Translations under genes and position numbers: made by a program
Shown: one piece after another, positions 37,592 through 48,256 of the stretch
Numbering within the stretch: position 1 is the first letter of the stretch
How the letters are laid out: each line of letters opens with the position of its first letter
Notes under the pieces: model-generated
Told to the model about the DNA's origin: nothing
What the model saw: only the letters and a program-made list of their open reading frames with translations
Databases searched by the model: none
DNA from: an uncultured delta proteobacterium
Lineage (GTDB): Bacteria; Desulfobacterota; BSN033; UBA1163
Length of the DNA stretch: 64,000 bases
Direction of reading: 5' to 3'
NCBI GenBank assembly: GCA_963827685.1
Contig: CAWHBU010000002.1
Span: 704,001 to 768,000 of the forward strand

Positions 37592-38506
37592 ATGCAAGAT
37601 TTTGATCTCACTGTAAAAATTGGGAAGATGGTACTCAAGAACCCCGTGATCGTTTCTTCGGGGACATTTGGGTTTGGTGAGGAATTTGAAGATTTCTTCG
37701 ACCTAAACCATCTGGGTGCAATCATTCCTAAGGGAATTTCGTTAAAATCCATGAAGGGGAATCCTCCGCCTCGAATTTTTGAGACAGAAGGTGGGATCCT
37801 CAATTCCATCGGACTTCAGAACCCTGGTTTTCAAGAGTTTATCAAAAATAAATTACCTTATTATAAAGATTTGAAAACCCATCTTATTGTCAACTTTTTT
37901 GGGAATACTGAAAAGGAATATGTTGAATTGGCAAGACGTTTTGATAGCGTTCCCGGTATTTCAGGCCTTGAGATGAACATCTCCTGCCCCAATATCAAAA
38001 GGGGTGGAATTGTTTTTGGCACCGATCCACAAATGGCCTACCATCTTGTCAGGGCGGTGAGAAAAGCGACAACATTAACTTTGATTGTTAAGTTATCACC
38101 CAACGTGACGGATATTGCCTTAATGGCTAAGAGTGTCAAAGAGGGAGGAGCAGATGGTGTCTCCCTTGTGAATACCTTCAGGGCTATGGCCGTTAATATC
38201 CATACGAGAAAACCAGAATTGGGAAATATTATTGGAGGCCTCTCAGGCCCGGCCATTAAGCCGATTGCATTAAGAATGGTTTGGGAGGCCAGTCAGGCAG
38301 TTCACATCCCTATTATTGGGATGGGGGGCATTATGAATGCCGAAGATGCGATCGAATTCATTCTGGTGGGGGCTTCAGCGATTCAAATTGGAACGGCCAA
38401 TCTAATTAATCCAAGAACTGGGATAGAAGTCATTCACGGGATAAAGAAATACCTTGCCCAAAACAAAATAAACTGCATCCAAAAATTAATTGGCGCTTTC
38501 GGATAA
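37592..38506 (+). CDS. pyrD: Dihydroorotate dehydrogenase, family 1B catalytic subunit
   Basis: SGTFG, NSIGLQNPG, NISCPN, KLSPNV, GGLSGPAIKP. Confidence 0.95.
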   Translation: MQDFDLTVKIGKMVLKNPVIVSSGTFGFGEEFEDFFDLNHLGAIIPKGISLKSMKGNPPPRIFETEGGILNSIGLQNPGFQEFIKNKLPYYKDLKTHLIVNFFGNTEKEYVELARRFDSVPGISGLEMNISCPNIKRGGIVFGTDPQMAYHLVRAVRKATTLTLIVKLSPNVTDIALMAKSVKEGGADGVSLVNTFRAMAVNIHTRKPELGNIIGGLSGPAIKPIALRMVWEASQAVHIPIIGMGGIMNAEDAIEFILVGASAIQIGTANLINPRTGIEVIHGIKKYLAQNKINCIQKLIGAFG

Positions 38507-38579
38507 AAACCCCCTGCCTCATCCTTGGAAGAAACACCAGGGGGCTCTTCCCGATGAGAAAGCTTAGAAATGGAACCCC

Positions 38580-41396
38580 TTAAACTTCATCTTTCATGAT
38601 CTTTGGCGAGACAAAGATCAATAAATCTTTTCTATTGTCCTGCTTGTTTTCTCTTTTGAATAACCAGCCGAGTAAGGGAATCTTGTTGAAAAGAGGAACT
38701 CCTTCATTCTGAACTTCTTTGTCAATCGTGTAGATCCCTGCAATCGCAACGACCCCGCTGTCTTTGATCAAAACCTCGGAGATCGCCTCCTTTTTATCAA
38801 TGCTGGGTACTCCCTGGACCGTGATAGATGTATCCGGAGCATCCTTCTTCACCTTAATAATCAATTTAATAGTCCCATCGTTTGTCACATGAGGGGTAAC
38901 GGTTAATTTGATATTGGCATCGATAAAGTCAGTGGTGACGGTTCCTTCTGTCGTTAACTTCAGATAAGGAATCCTGAGCCCCTGTTCGATAGATGCCTCT
39001 TTGTTATCGAGAGTGGCGATTTTAGGACTTGAGATAATCTTAACGTCGCCTTTGTTTTCATGAGCCGAGAGAGTGATATCCAATTCTTGTATTGTTCCAC
39101 GGCTGAAAATGGCTGAAAGGACACCGGCTGCCCCACTACCCGTGCTGCCTAAACCTGTCCGGGGAATGGCAGCGAGATCGACAACTCTATTGACTGTGCT
39201 TCCAGGAGTTCCCAGAACCGTGCTGGACGAACCTCCAAATGCCTTGGCTTTTGCTCCTCCGAGCAAAAATCCCCATTGAACGCCCAATTCATTTTGAAAC
39301 GAAAGGTTGGCTTCGATGATCCTTGCTTCGATCAGGACCATGGGCGTTTTTGTATCCAGTAATTTTACTAAATTTTTGACAGCTGGAATGGTTCTAGAGA
39401 TATCTTTGATAATTAATGTATTGGTTCTATCATCGACCTTGACATCCCCTCGCTCGCTCAGAACACTCTTCACCTGGGGCATGATTTCTTTCGCCGTAGC
39501 ATAGTTGACCGGGATGAGCTCATGCACCAGCGGCTCCAACCCTTCTCTCGATTTTTGCTCCTGCAGCCTGGCTTGGTCTTCTTTTCTCAGCGCCTCCACC
39601 GGGGCAATTCGCACCACATTCCCAGCTCGTCGCTTATCGAGGTTCTTGGATTGCAAAATGATCTCAAGGGCTTGATCCCAGGGTACATCGACCAGTCTCA
39701 TGGTAATTTTTCCGGTCACCTCATCCGCCACAATGATGTTTAAATTACTTACTTCAGCGATTAACCGAAGAATATTTTTAACATCCGCATCTTTGAAATC
39801 GAGAGATAATTTTCTTCCTGTATAAACTTTCTGTGGAACTCCTTCTTCCGAAACCTTCTTCTCCTCTTCCACCTTCTTTGGCACAGGAGTTGGAGAAACA
39901 GGTTTTTCTTCGGCCTTCATCTTCTCCTTTGTCATTTCCGGTACGGGTTTCTCTTCTTTCTTAACTTCCGGTGCAGGTTTCTCTTCTTTCTTTGTTTCCT
40001 CTTTCTTAGGCTCTTCCTTTTTGACTTCAACGACCGCCTCCGCTTTCTTCACCTCCGGTGCGGGAACTTCTGCTTTCGCCTCGATCTTTTTGGCCTCTTC
40101 TTTGATATCGATAAAGATTTCTTTGCCTTCTTGGGTTGTTTCATAAGAGGCTTCTTCTGCTAATTTAACGAGGACTCGGATATCGTTTGCTTTTCCCACC
40201 TTGACATTCTTAAGATCGACATAATTGACAACGCTCTTGAAGGAACTCGTATCCAATCCTCTCAATAGATTTTTGGGAACAAAGGCATTCTTCACGTTAA
40301 TAGCGATCATATTCTTTGAAGGGCTGGAGGATTCAAATTGAGGATTCTCTGCGGAGAGGGAGAGGACGATTCTTGATTTATCACCTGTCTGCCTAAAATC
40401 GATACTTGTCAGAGTGCTTGGCTCACCCGGTTTCGGACGACTTTCCACTTGAGCTTTTGGAGGAAGGGCGGGAGACTCCTTGGCCGATTTTTCCTGAACA
40501 TAAATTTGCGGTTCAGAGGGTTGTGGAATATTCCCAAGGGAAACGATCAACTTATCATCGATCCGGTTGACCTGGTAGGGGGGGAGTTGAAGTTTTTGAG
40601 AATCGAAAACCAACCTCAGTTTATCCGAGTAATGTCCAACGCGCACCCCCTTGATCAGGGGATTCTTGACCTTAAAGGAGGTCTTACGGGTATCCACTCC
40701 CCAAATGTCTAAGACCAGTCTTGGAGGCGAATCCAACTTAAAGGCATTGAAGTTCTCAATCTTCCCGTCTGCCAAGACATTGAAAATAACAGAATCTTTT
40801 TTCTCCTCAAATAATACATTGACCACTTTCTTAGCCTTATTCATAGGCGGTGGGGTGGGCAGAGGTTCTTCTTTCTTTGTTTCTATAGTGGGAGCTTCCA
40901 CCTTCGTTTCTTTTAAGGCTTCTTCCTCCTTTTTAACTTCCTTCTCCCCTGCGACTTTTTTTACCTTTTCAACATCAATGATGAGATTCTTTTCTTCCTT
41001 TGAAATATTGTAGTTGGTCATTTGAAGGAGACTGATTTCGATTCTTCCTTTGTCGTCATATTGTGTGGTCAGCACTTCTCCAATCGTTCCGTTATCGATT
41101 TGAAGGGGGCTTTTAATTTGTCTTAAGTCAATATTTGGCACATCGATAGCAATCCTGAGAGGGTCGGACAATAATTTATAAAATGGGGGGAAGATCGGTT
41201 CAGATCCTTCAATTTGAATTCTTGTATAATCTTCCCCTTCAGTGAATGATATCTTTTGAATAATTGAGACCTTGGCAGCCGTCGCCGGGGTTTCCGGTTT
41301 GGGCGTCTGCATCACGGCCTTCTCGGCGGCACAGCCTGTTATCAAGAGCAAAAAAACAACCCCCAAAGTCATTATTAGGATCTGAGAACGTTTCAT
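38580..41396 (-). CDS. pilQ: Type IV pilus secretin with AMIN domains
   Basis: Lipoprotein-like N-terminus, AMIN repeats (PLRIAID, PPRLVLD), SLDFKDAD, VPWDQAL, secretin C-terminus VPLFNKIPLLGWLFK. Confidence 0.95.
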   Translation of the reverse strand: MKRSQILIMTLGVVFLLLITGCAAEKAVMQTPKPETPATAAKVSIIQKISFTEGEDYTRIQIEGSEPIFPPFYKLLSDPLRIAIDVPNIDLRQIKSPLQIDNGTIGEVLTTQYDDKGRIEISLLQMTNYNISKEEKNLIIDVEKVKKVAGEKEVKKEEEALKETKVEAPTIETKKEEPLPTPPPMNKAKKVVNVLFEEKKDSVIFNVLADGKIENFNAFKLDSPPRLVLDIWGVDTRKTSFKVKNPLIKGVRVGHYSDKLRLVFDSQKLQLPPYQVNRIDDKLIVSLGNIPQPSEPQIYVQEKSAKESPALPPKAQVESRPKPGEPSTLTSIDFRQTGDKSRIVLSLSAENPQFESSSPSKNMIAINVKNAFVPKNLLRGLDTSSFKSVVNYVDLKNVKVGKANDIRVLVKLAEEASYETTQEGKEIFIDIKEEAKKIEAKAEVPAPEVKKAEAVVEVKKEEPKKEETKKEEKPAPEVKKEEKPVPEMTKEKMKAEEKPVSPTPVPKKVEEEKKVSEEGVPQKVYTGRKLSLDFKDADVKNILRLIAEVSNLNIIVADEVTGKITMRLVDVPWDQALEIILQSKNLDKRRAGNVVRIAPVEALRKEDQARLQEQKSREGLEPLVHELIPVNYATAKEIMPQVKSVLSERGDVKVDDRTNTLIIKDISRTIPAVKNLVKLLDTKTPMVLIEARIIEANLSFQNELGVQWGFLLGGAKAKAFGGSSSTVLGTPGSTVNRVVDLAAIPRTGLGSTGSGAAGVLSAIFSRGTIQELDITLSAHENKGDVKIISSPKIATLDNKEASIEQGLRIPYLKLTTEGTVTTDFIDANIKLTVTPHVTNDGTIKLIIKVKKDAPDTSITVQGVPSIDKKEAISEVLIKDSGVVAIAGIYTIDKEVQNEGVPLFNKIPLLGWLFKRENKQDNRKDLLIFVSPKIMKDEV

Positions 41397-41995
41397 GATT
41401 CTCCTCCTTCTTCAACTTTATGAAGAAATAGTGAAATCTCATTCGTTTTTGTTTGGCCAAAAATATCCTGGTAGGCCTCCTCAATGATCACTTTATCCTT
41501 AAGGATTTTGGTCACCTTTCCATCATTTTTCCCAATCCACGTCCCTTTCTTTAAGAAATAACCTTTCCCCGCGACATCTTCGACAAGGGCAATATTCCCC
41601 TCCGGAGCGCAAATGATAGCCACGAGTTTTAATTGGCTGATATCGAATTTTTGCAAAGGGGTGAGAGCCGTCCTCGACCCTCCTCTGACAGAGGCTAATT
41701 GGATAAAGGGTTTAAAGGGATCTGGCTTTCCTGCAGGGTTATAGGAATATTCTGCCTCTTCCTTTTTCTCCGGCTCTTTTTTTTCAGCCACTTTGGTGGG
41801 TTCTTCCTTCTTTTTCGCCACTGCAGGAGATTTTGTTTTTGAGGGAAGAGAAGATGGAGGTGTTCCTCCCCCGCATCCCCCTATCAGAAAGAGGAAGGCT
41901 ATCGGTAAGGTGATCCACCAGCGGCCTATCTCATTTCTTTCTGGTTTTGGAAATCTCTTCGTCCTCTTTTTCCTTTGAAACGGCTTTCTTTTCAC
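41393..41995 (-). CDS. pilP: Type IV pilus assembly lipoprotein
   Basis: YNPAGKPDPF, PLQKFDISQLKLV, GKNDG. Confidence 0.9.
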   Translation of the reverse strand: MKRKPFQRKKRTKRFPKPERNEIGRWWITLPIAFLFLIGGCGGGTPPSSLPSKTKSPAVAKKKEEPTKVAEKKEPEKKEEAEYSYNPAGKPDPFKPFIQLASVRGGSRTALTPLQKFDISQLKLVAIICAPEGNIALVEDVAGKGYFLKKGTWIGKNDGKVTKILKDKVIIEEAYQDIFGQTKTNEISLFLHKVEEGGES

Positions 41996-42593
41996 TTTTC
42001 TTTTCCTCGCTTTTCTTTTCTATGAATCGGTACGTATTGATCATACAGGATGTCTTCAACAAGATCTCGGGGTCACCCTTTCCCTTAATATCTTTTGCCT
42101 TTGTCATATTGAAATCAACGACGTTAATAATTCTTGGGAGCTTACTCACCTTATCGAAAAAAATTCCAATATTATGATAGTTTCCCAGCGCTACCAGCTC
42201 GATCGGAACTGTGGCAAGAAATTGTTGAGGTATTTCAGGTTTAGGTTTGAATAGCGTAAATTCAAGATTCGATTCTTTCCCCAGGCCGGATATGGTTTTC
42301 AGTATCTCAGGGATCTCTTTCTCATTAGGAAGTTGTGTCAAGGCATCCTTCAGTTGCTCATTCAGCTTCGCCACCTGTTCGTTAAACTTTTGGAGATCGC
42401 CAGCGATGGCTTTACTAGTGCTTAATTCACTCTCCAATTTATTCAACTCCCCCTTCGCCACCTTCAGGTCATCCTGTATGGGGATGATAACGAAATACAG
42501 ATATAGACCTGCTATGACAAACAAGATGGCGACCAATATTAAAACCTTTTTAGGTGTCGGGAGTTTTAAGATAGAATCCATTGTCAGTGCCAT
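41931..42593 (-). CDS. pilO: Type IV pilus alignment protein
   Basis: QLPNEKEIP.IL, G.YH.IG.FFD.VSKLPRII. Confidence 0.92.
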   Translation of the reverse strand: MALTMDSILKLPTPKKVLILVAILFVIAGLYLYFVIIPIQDDLKVAKGELNKLESELSTSKAIAGDLQKFNEQVAKLNEQLKDALTQLPNEKEIPEILKTISGLGKESNLEFTLFKPKPEIPQQFLATVPIELVALGNYHNIGIFFDKVSKLPRIINVVDFNMTKAKDIKGKGDPEILLKTSCMINTYRFIEKKSEEKKSEKKAVSKEKEDEEISKTRKK

Positions 42594-42608
42594 TTGATCC
42601 CCTCTCCT

Positions 42609-43145
42609 TTATGTCAAAATGATCTCACACGAAAGAATGAATTTCTTCAACTTAATCTTGCTCTGTTCAACCTGCTCACTCACAATGAGATCGACATTCT
42701 TAAAAAGCTTCGATTTCCGAAGATTGGTCATGAAATTGACAATCGTTTCATCATCCAAGGCTATCCCTTCGATTTCCAATTTTAACCCTACTTTCTTCAG
42801 GGATTCGAGTTGAAGTTTTTCCGGTCTATTAGTACTCAATTCGTCTAAAACCTTGCTTACTTTCTCTTTTCTTAATGAGTTGATAATATCCAACCTATTT
42901 TGCAACATTTTCTGTTCTTCTTTCTTTTTTGCAACTTCCGTGGTTAGTGATTTGTAGTGAGCGATATCATTTTTTGTCTTTGCTATCTGTGTCCGTGTAT
43001 CTTCCCTTTCCTTCCCTAATCTCCATTGGATAAGACCAAGGAGGACTAATAAAAGGACGATGAAAAGAATGAGAACAATGAACTCCTTCCCCAACCCAGC
43101 TCTTTTCTTTTCTTTCCTTGCCAGAAGCAAATTGATCTTGATCAT
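42609..43145 (-). CDS. pilN: Type IV pilus alignment protein
   Basis: MIKINLL motif, TM segment, operon position. Confidence 0.92.
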   Translation of the reverse strand: MIKINLLLARKEKKRAGLGKEFIVLILFIVLLLVLLGLIQWRLGKEREDTRTQIAKTKNDIAHYKSLTTEVAKKKEEQKMLQNRLDIINSLRKEKVSKVLDELSTNRPEKLQLESLKKVGLKLEIEGIALDDETIVNFMTNLRKSKLFKNVDLIVSEQVEQSKIKLKKFILSCEIILT

Positions 43146-44200
43146 CGATCCCCTACCTTTCTTGAGGCAAGACCCACTCCGACAGCCATGATCGGCCCAA
43201 TTTCTCTTAAATATTCAAGATCGAAATTTCTCCCACTGTAATCAACTTTCTTAAATGGATTTACGAGTTCAACCGGTATTCCAATCTGTTGTTGCAGAAT
43301 GATATCAAAATCTTTAATCTTCGACCCTCCCCCACTCAAATATAACTTGCCGATTTTTTCGTAGGTGGTGGTGGATTGAAAGAAATCTAAAGAATTTCCT
43401 ATCTCGACGGCTAATGATTCAGAGGCTGTTTTCAATACGTTTTGCATAATCGGTTGAGAGCTGAGATCGACTTTGGTCCCCACTTTAATTTTTTCAGCCT
43501 CATCATGGTCGACATGGAGCTGTCTTTGAATTTCTTCTGTAATCTGATTTCCGCCTTTAAAAATATCTCTGGTAAAGGCAGAGGTATTGTTCTTAATGAT
43601 ATTAATGTTCGTAACACTTGCCCCCATATTAGCGATCGCAACAGTCTCCCCTTCTCCCATTTCATAATTAATAGCCAACATATTTTCCAAGGCGAAAGAG
43701 TCAAGATCAATGATGACAGGGTTTAATCCAGATTCCATAATCACGGAGACATAATCATTGATAATATCCTTTTTGGCCGCTACTAAGACCACGTCCATGA
43801 CTTCCGGGTTTTCCGGCGACAACCCAAATATTTGGAAATCGATATTGACATCATTGATATCAAATGGAATGTATCTTTCAGCTTCCCACTGGATAGATTC
43901 TTCAAGCTCGGCTTCTGTCATAAAGGGCAGGGAGATCTTCTTGACAATGACAGAATGGCCAGAGACAGAGGTTACGGCATCTTTCGATTTTGTCTTGGAA
44001 GCCGCGATAACGTCCCGTATGGTGTCGATAATCGTGACCGAATCCATCAGGGCTCCGTCGACGATTGCCTCTGGAGGCAGAGGAGAGATTGCCAGGTTTT
44101 GCAACTTATAGCCATTCTTGTCCTCTTTTAATTCCACTAGTTTAATGGAACTGCTTCCAATATCTAACCCGATGACATCTTTCTTTTTACCCCACATCAT
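43142..44200 (-). CDS. pilM: Type IV pilus actin-like protein
   Basis: GLDIGSSSIK, EA..YIPF, LSGGGS, AVGVGLA. Confidence 0.95.
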   Translation of the reverse strand: MMWGKKKDVIGLDIGSSSIKLVELKEDKNGYKLQNLAISPLPPEAIVDGALMDSVTIIDTIRDVIAASKTKSKDAVTSVSGHSVIVKKISLPFMTEAELEESIQWEAERYIPFDINDVNIDFQIFGLSPENPEVMDVVLVAAKKDIINDYVSVIMESGLNPVIIDLDSFALENMLAINYEMGEGETVAIANMGASVTNINIIKNNTSAFTRDIFKGGNQITEEIQRQLHVDHDEAEKIKVGTKVDLSSQPIMQNVLKTASESLAVEIGNSLDFFQSTTTYEKIGKLYLSGGGSKIKDFDIILQQQIGIPVELVNPFKKVDYSGRNFDLEYLREIGPIMAVGVGLASRKVGDR

Positions 44201-44361
44201 TTTCCCCCTCATTTTTCAATATAGTGGATTGAGATAAATTATTAACAAATTTTCTAAAAAGTCAAGCAAAATATTTTAGTCCTGTATAAAATTCTAATAT
44301 ATACTCATTCAAACTTAATAAACTGTTTTAGAATTCTTCAATAACCTGTGAATACTCCATT

Positions 44362-45738
44362 TCAATTCTCTAAGAGATTATATTTTTTGATCTTTGCCCT
44401 CAGGGTGGCCCGAGAAATACCTAATAATTTTGACGCCTTTGATTTATTCCACTCTAATCTTTTTAATACCTTAGAAAGATGTATCTTTTCCGCATTTTCT
44501 AAAGACATATCGGGGGGGATTTCAGATATTTCATGTTTCGTATTTCCATGGATCATTCTTTCAGTTTGTTTCAATTCAAATGGAAGGTGCTTTGGGGTGA
44601 TAACCTCTTGGTCTGTTAAAATCATCGCTCTTTCGATGACATTCTTTAATTCCCTTACGTTCCCTGGCCAAGCATATTGAATCATTAGTTTCTTCGCTTC
44701 CTCAGAAAAGCCCTTAATATTCTTACTATATTCTCTATTATTCTCTTCGATAAATAAATTTGAAAGTAATAAGATATCCTCCAGCCTATCACGAAGGGGA
44801 GGCATCTCCACGACCATTACCTTCAATCGATAATACAAGTCTTTTCGGAAAAACCCTTCTTTTACCATCACTTCTAAATCTTTGTTGGTGGCGGCAATGA
44901 TACGAATGTCCACCTTTATCTCTCTTTCCCCTCCTACCCTCATAAAGGTTTGGTTTTCAAGGACTCTCAGGATCTTGGATTGTAAGAAGGGGTTCATATC
45001 TCCAATTTCATCTAAAAAGACTGTCCCGCCATCGGCTAATTCAAAAAGGCCTTTCTTTGTGTTCTTGGCATCAGTAAAAGCCCCCTTCTCATATCCAAAA
45101 AGTTCTGACTCCAATAAAGAATCCGGTATAGCACTGCAATTGATTTTCATCAGGGGTTTATCACTTCGATGGCTATTATAATGAACGGCATTCGCGGCCA
45201 ATTCTTTCCCTGTGCCGCTCTCGCCCTGAATCAACACAGACGTCTTATGAGTTTTGCTAATCATTCCAATTAATTCTTTAACATAATGAATTTGAGGACT
45301 CACCCCATAAATATGACTGTTTTGGTATTTCTCTTTTTGCTGTCGATGGAGTCTTCTCACTTCATTGATTAAACTCTTGGTTTCTAATCCTTTTACAATT
45401 AATAATTTTAGTTCTTCCAATTCAAAGGGCTTATTAATATAATCGTAAGCCCCAGATTTCATGGCGGAAACTGCCGTTTGTACATCAGAGAAGGCGGTCA
45501 TCATAATGACTAAAATCTCGGTATCAAATTCTTTAATTCTTCTCAACACCTCTAACCCATCGATATCAGGTAATCTCATGTCCAGAAGAATGAGATCGAT
45601 GACATTCTTTTTGATCATCTCAAGGGCACCATTGCCCGAGCCGACGGAAAAGATCTCGTACCCTCTCTTCCTCAAAACATCAGAGAGCGTCTCTTGCATC
45701 ACCCCATCATCATCCACAATAAGAATAGATGGCTTCAT
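44362..45738 (-). CDS. NtrC-family sigma-54 response regulator
   Basis: REC, GESGTGKE, GAFTDA, Fis HTH; ATG 45738 overlaps the kinase stop. Confidence 0.93.
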   Translation of the reverse strand: MKPSILIVDDDGVMQETLSDVLRKRGYEIFSVGSGNGALEMIKKNVIDLILLDMRLPDIDGLEVLRRIKEFDTEILVIMMTAFSDVQTAVSAMKSGAYDYINKPFELEELKLLIVKGLETKSLINEVRRLHRQQKEKYQNSHIYGVSPQIHYVKELIGMISKTHKTSVLIQGESGTGKELAANAVHYNSHRSDKPLMKINCSAIPDSLLESELFGYEKGAFTDAKNTKKGLFELADGGTVFLDEIGDMNPFLQSKILRVLENQTFMRVGGEREIKVDIRIIAATNKDLEVMVKEGFFRKDLYYRLKVMVVEMPPLRDRLEDILLLSNLFIEENNREYSKNIKGFSEEAKKLMIQYAWPGNVRELKNVIERAMILTDQEVITPKHLPFELKQTERMIHGNTKHEISEIPPDMSLENAEKIHLSKVLKRLEWNKSKASKLLGISRATLRAKIKKYNLLEN

Positions 45739-46895
45739 GACTTTTCCAATGTTTCTGGCAAATTTATGACAAAAGAGGTTCCTTTCTCCCATTGGCTTTC
45801 CACCTTGATGGTTCCTCCATGTTTCTTAATGATCTGATAAGTGATGGAAAGGCCCAACCCAATCCCCTTAGATTTCGTAGTGAAGAAAGGATCAAAAATT
45901 TTATGAACAATATGAGAAGGTATACCTCTTCCGGTATCCGAAATGACGACCTTGATAAAATTTTGCTTAGCTCCTTTCAAGGAGTTTGAGATCATTGGAC
46001 TGGCCTCGATTGTCAGTTCACCACCGTTGGGCATGGCCTGAATCGCGTTTAAAAACAAATTGAGGAAAACTTGATGTATTTGGGTTTTATCGACTTTGAT
46101 CTTGGGAAGCTGGGGATGATAGGTTTCAATAAAACGAATTCCTTTATCAGCGATCTCTTTAATAAGAAATGGAATGATCTCATTGATGATATCCTTAATA
46201 TGGCAATAAACCAGATTCAAATTTTGTGGCTTGGCAAATGAAAAGAAAGTCTTAAGGAGGTCATTGAGTCGGTCAATCTCTTTAGTGATGCGATGCAAAT
46301 ACTCTCTTCTTGAATCGTCTCCAGACATCTCCTCGCCAAGGGCTTGGGCGGTTGTTTTAATCCCAGCGAGCGGATTTCGTAGCTCATGGGCAATCCCTGA
46401 AGCAAGTTTTCCCAATGAAACAAGTCTATCCATTCTCAATATTTCCTCTTGGATTTTATAAATATTTGTCAAATCCCGAAACACGACAATCTTCCCTATT
46501 CTTTCCTCCCGGATACTTAAATGATTGTTTATGGTAAACCCAACTGGAAATTCGGTATTGTCCTTCTTTCTCATCCATCCTTCTTTCCTAGTATCCAGAT
46601 CATCCGGATTATTAAGAAAAGAAGGAGATGCACTCTGTTTTTCCTTCAAACTGAAAATGCTGAAGGGCCTACCGATCAGCTGCTCTTTGGAGTACCCTAA
46701 AATCCTTTCCCCCGCCCTATTGATGTAAGTGATTGTATCGTTCATCTCTGTGATAATAATTCCGCTTCCAATGCTCTGAATAATACTTTCTGTAAAATTC
46801 TTTACGTCTACCAGTTCCTGTGTCAGGTTTTCGATAATTTCTTCCTTTTGGGCAATCTTTTCTTCGATTTCATTGGTTGAAATATTCGGATCCAT
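45735..46895 (-). CDS. Cytoplasmic PAS sensor histidine kinase
   Basis: PAS (NRAGERILGY), AHELRNPL, NAIQAM, DTGRGI, FFTTK, GIGLGL. Confidence 0.93.
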   Translation of the reverse strand: MDPNISTNEIEEKIAQKEEIIENLTQELVDVKNFTESIIQSIGSGIIITEMNDTITYINRAGERILGYSKEQLIGRPFSIFSLKEKQSASPSFLNNPDDLDTRKEGWMRKKDNTEFPVGFTINNHLSIREERIGKIVVFRDLTNIYKIQEEILRMDRLVSLGKLASGIAHELRNPLAGIKTTAQALGEEMSGDDSRREYLHRITKEIDRLNDLLKTFFSFAKPQNLNLVYCHIKDIINEIIPFLIKEIADKGIRFIETYHPQLPKIKVDKTQIHQVFLNLFLNAIQAMPNGGELTIEASPMISNSLKGAKQNFIKVVISDTGRGIPSHIVHKIFDPFFTTKSKGIGLGLSITYQIIKKHGGTIKVESQWEKGTSFVINLPETLEKS

Positions 46896-46910
46896 AAAAC
46901 AATCTATGCC

Positions 46911-48227
46911 TTAAAACTTTTTTAAATCTAAGATAGGAATCTCCACCGGTTGCTCTCGGTATGTGGAATGGATAACCCCTGAGAAATATTCGCCAGCCTC
47001 TCCCTTCTTCTCAAAGAGGGTGGATAATTGTTTAAGTACTTGATCCACCATCAAGCCCTTATATTCCCCATTATCTTTGACAGTGAGTATTCTCATCTCC
47101 CCAGTAGGCTCTCCTCCTGAGATCGAAAATATCTTCTTTAAATTGATCATTCTTACCTCTACATCTTTTAAGCGAACCTTCGATTGGTCTGAATATTTTT
47201 CATGAAAGTTTATCGGGACTTTAAACAATTTAAATACTTTTTCAGTTTCCACCCCAAATAATTTTTCATCTATCTTAAAAATCGTTACGCTTACAGGTTT
47301 GGGTCCTGCCTCCAAAGATGGTGCGGGGGGTTTTCGAGTCGTCTCCTCGAGTCTGGATATTTGTTGTTTCATCGTTCTAAAGATTTCTTCGACCTTTTCC
47401 ATAAATAAATTCATTTTGTTTGACATGTCTTCGGTCTTCTTCTCGCCAGGAATGGAGACCTCTGTCTTTTCAACCCCTCCCCCTCTGCCGAAGGGAGGTT
47501 GGATGGTTCTGGCACCTTTCACCCCTTCCAAACAGGAGAATCTCGCATTGATCCCAAGATGAGCCAGTTGTTTATAAATATTGATTTCACCATCTGTTTC
47601 CCTTCTCATGAGGAGCTTGATGGTTTCCTTTGAATCCAAGAGGAATTTGATCCATGGTGGCCGGATATTTTCTTCATTCCTAATCATGTGGCTCAAAATT
47701 TCTTCCATATAACTTAAAATCGCTGTCATATCGGGCTTTTGTTTGAACAATTCCCGCAAGGCAACGACTTCTTCCATTGTCGTCTTAAGTTTCTCGTCTG
47801 TAATTTCCCATTCTAACGAAAGAAGTTGGGCTTCCATTTTCTCAACCGATTTTAACAATGGAACGGGGGTGGAAGAAGGAGGGGGAGAACTCTCTTGATC
47901 AAAAGTTTTCTCTAATTCAAATTCTTGAGGAGGCTCCAAGAGAGAAGTTTTCATGGAAGGCTCTAAAATGGGAGGTTTCATAGTCGGTTCTAAGATAGGG
48001 GACCTTATGGAAGGCTCTAAGCCGGGAGGTTCCATAGAGGGTTCTAAGATGGTAGGCTTCTTAGAAGGCTCTGAAACAGCAGATTTCATGGATGGCTCTA
48101 AGAGAGGAGATCCCACCGATCCGCTTTTTTCCGCGCCTCTTTTGTTCTCTACGAACAGTCGATCCACGGCATCGTCAATCTCTTCATCGAGACCTTTAAA
48201 ATCCTCTTCTCCCGTCACCTTATCCAT
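46911..48227 (-). CDS. Hypothetical protein: acidic N-terminus, Pro-rich 9-aa repeats, C-terminal CheW-like domain
   Basis: C-terminal FK.D.KLFGV....V...GLMVDQV...IPILD resembles CheW. Confidence 0.7.
   Translation of the reverse strand: MDKVTGEEDFKGLDEEIDDAVDRLFVENKRGAEKSGSVGSPLLEPSMKSAVSEPSKKPTILEPSMEPPGLEPSIRSPILEPTMKPPILEPSMKTSLLEPPQEFELEKTFDQESSPPPSSTPVPLLKSVEKMEAQLLSLEWEITDEKLKTTMEEVVALRELFKQKPDMTAILSYMEEILSHMIRNEENIRPPWIKFLLDSKETIKLLMRRETDGEINIYKQLAHLGINARFSCLEGVKGARTIQPPFGRGGGVEKTEVSIPGEKKTEDMSNKMNLFMEKVEEIFRTMKQQISRLEETTRKPPAPSLEAGPKPVSVTIFKIDEKLFGVETEKVFKLFKVPINFHEKYSDQSKVRLKDVEVRMINLKKIFSISGGEPTGEMRILTVKDNGEYKGLMVDQVLKQLSTLFEKKGEAGEYFSGVIHSTYREQPVEIPILDLKKF
47919..48107 (-). repeat. 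Seven tandem 27-bp coding repeats (consensus PILEPSMKP)
   Basis: PLLEPSMKS AVSEPSKKP TILEPSMEP PGLEPSIRS PILEPTMKP PILEPSMKT SLLEPPQEF. Confidence 0.85.
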
Positions 48228-48256
48228 CTTCTATCGCCTCTCCTTATTACCTCTTA

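Noticed and set aside
39840-40100. KKEE-rich repeats in pilQ
   Set aside because: Ordinary low-complexity linker between AMIN and secretin domains
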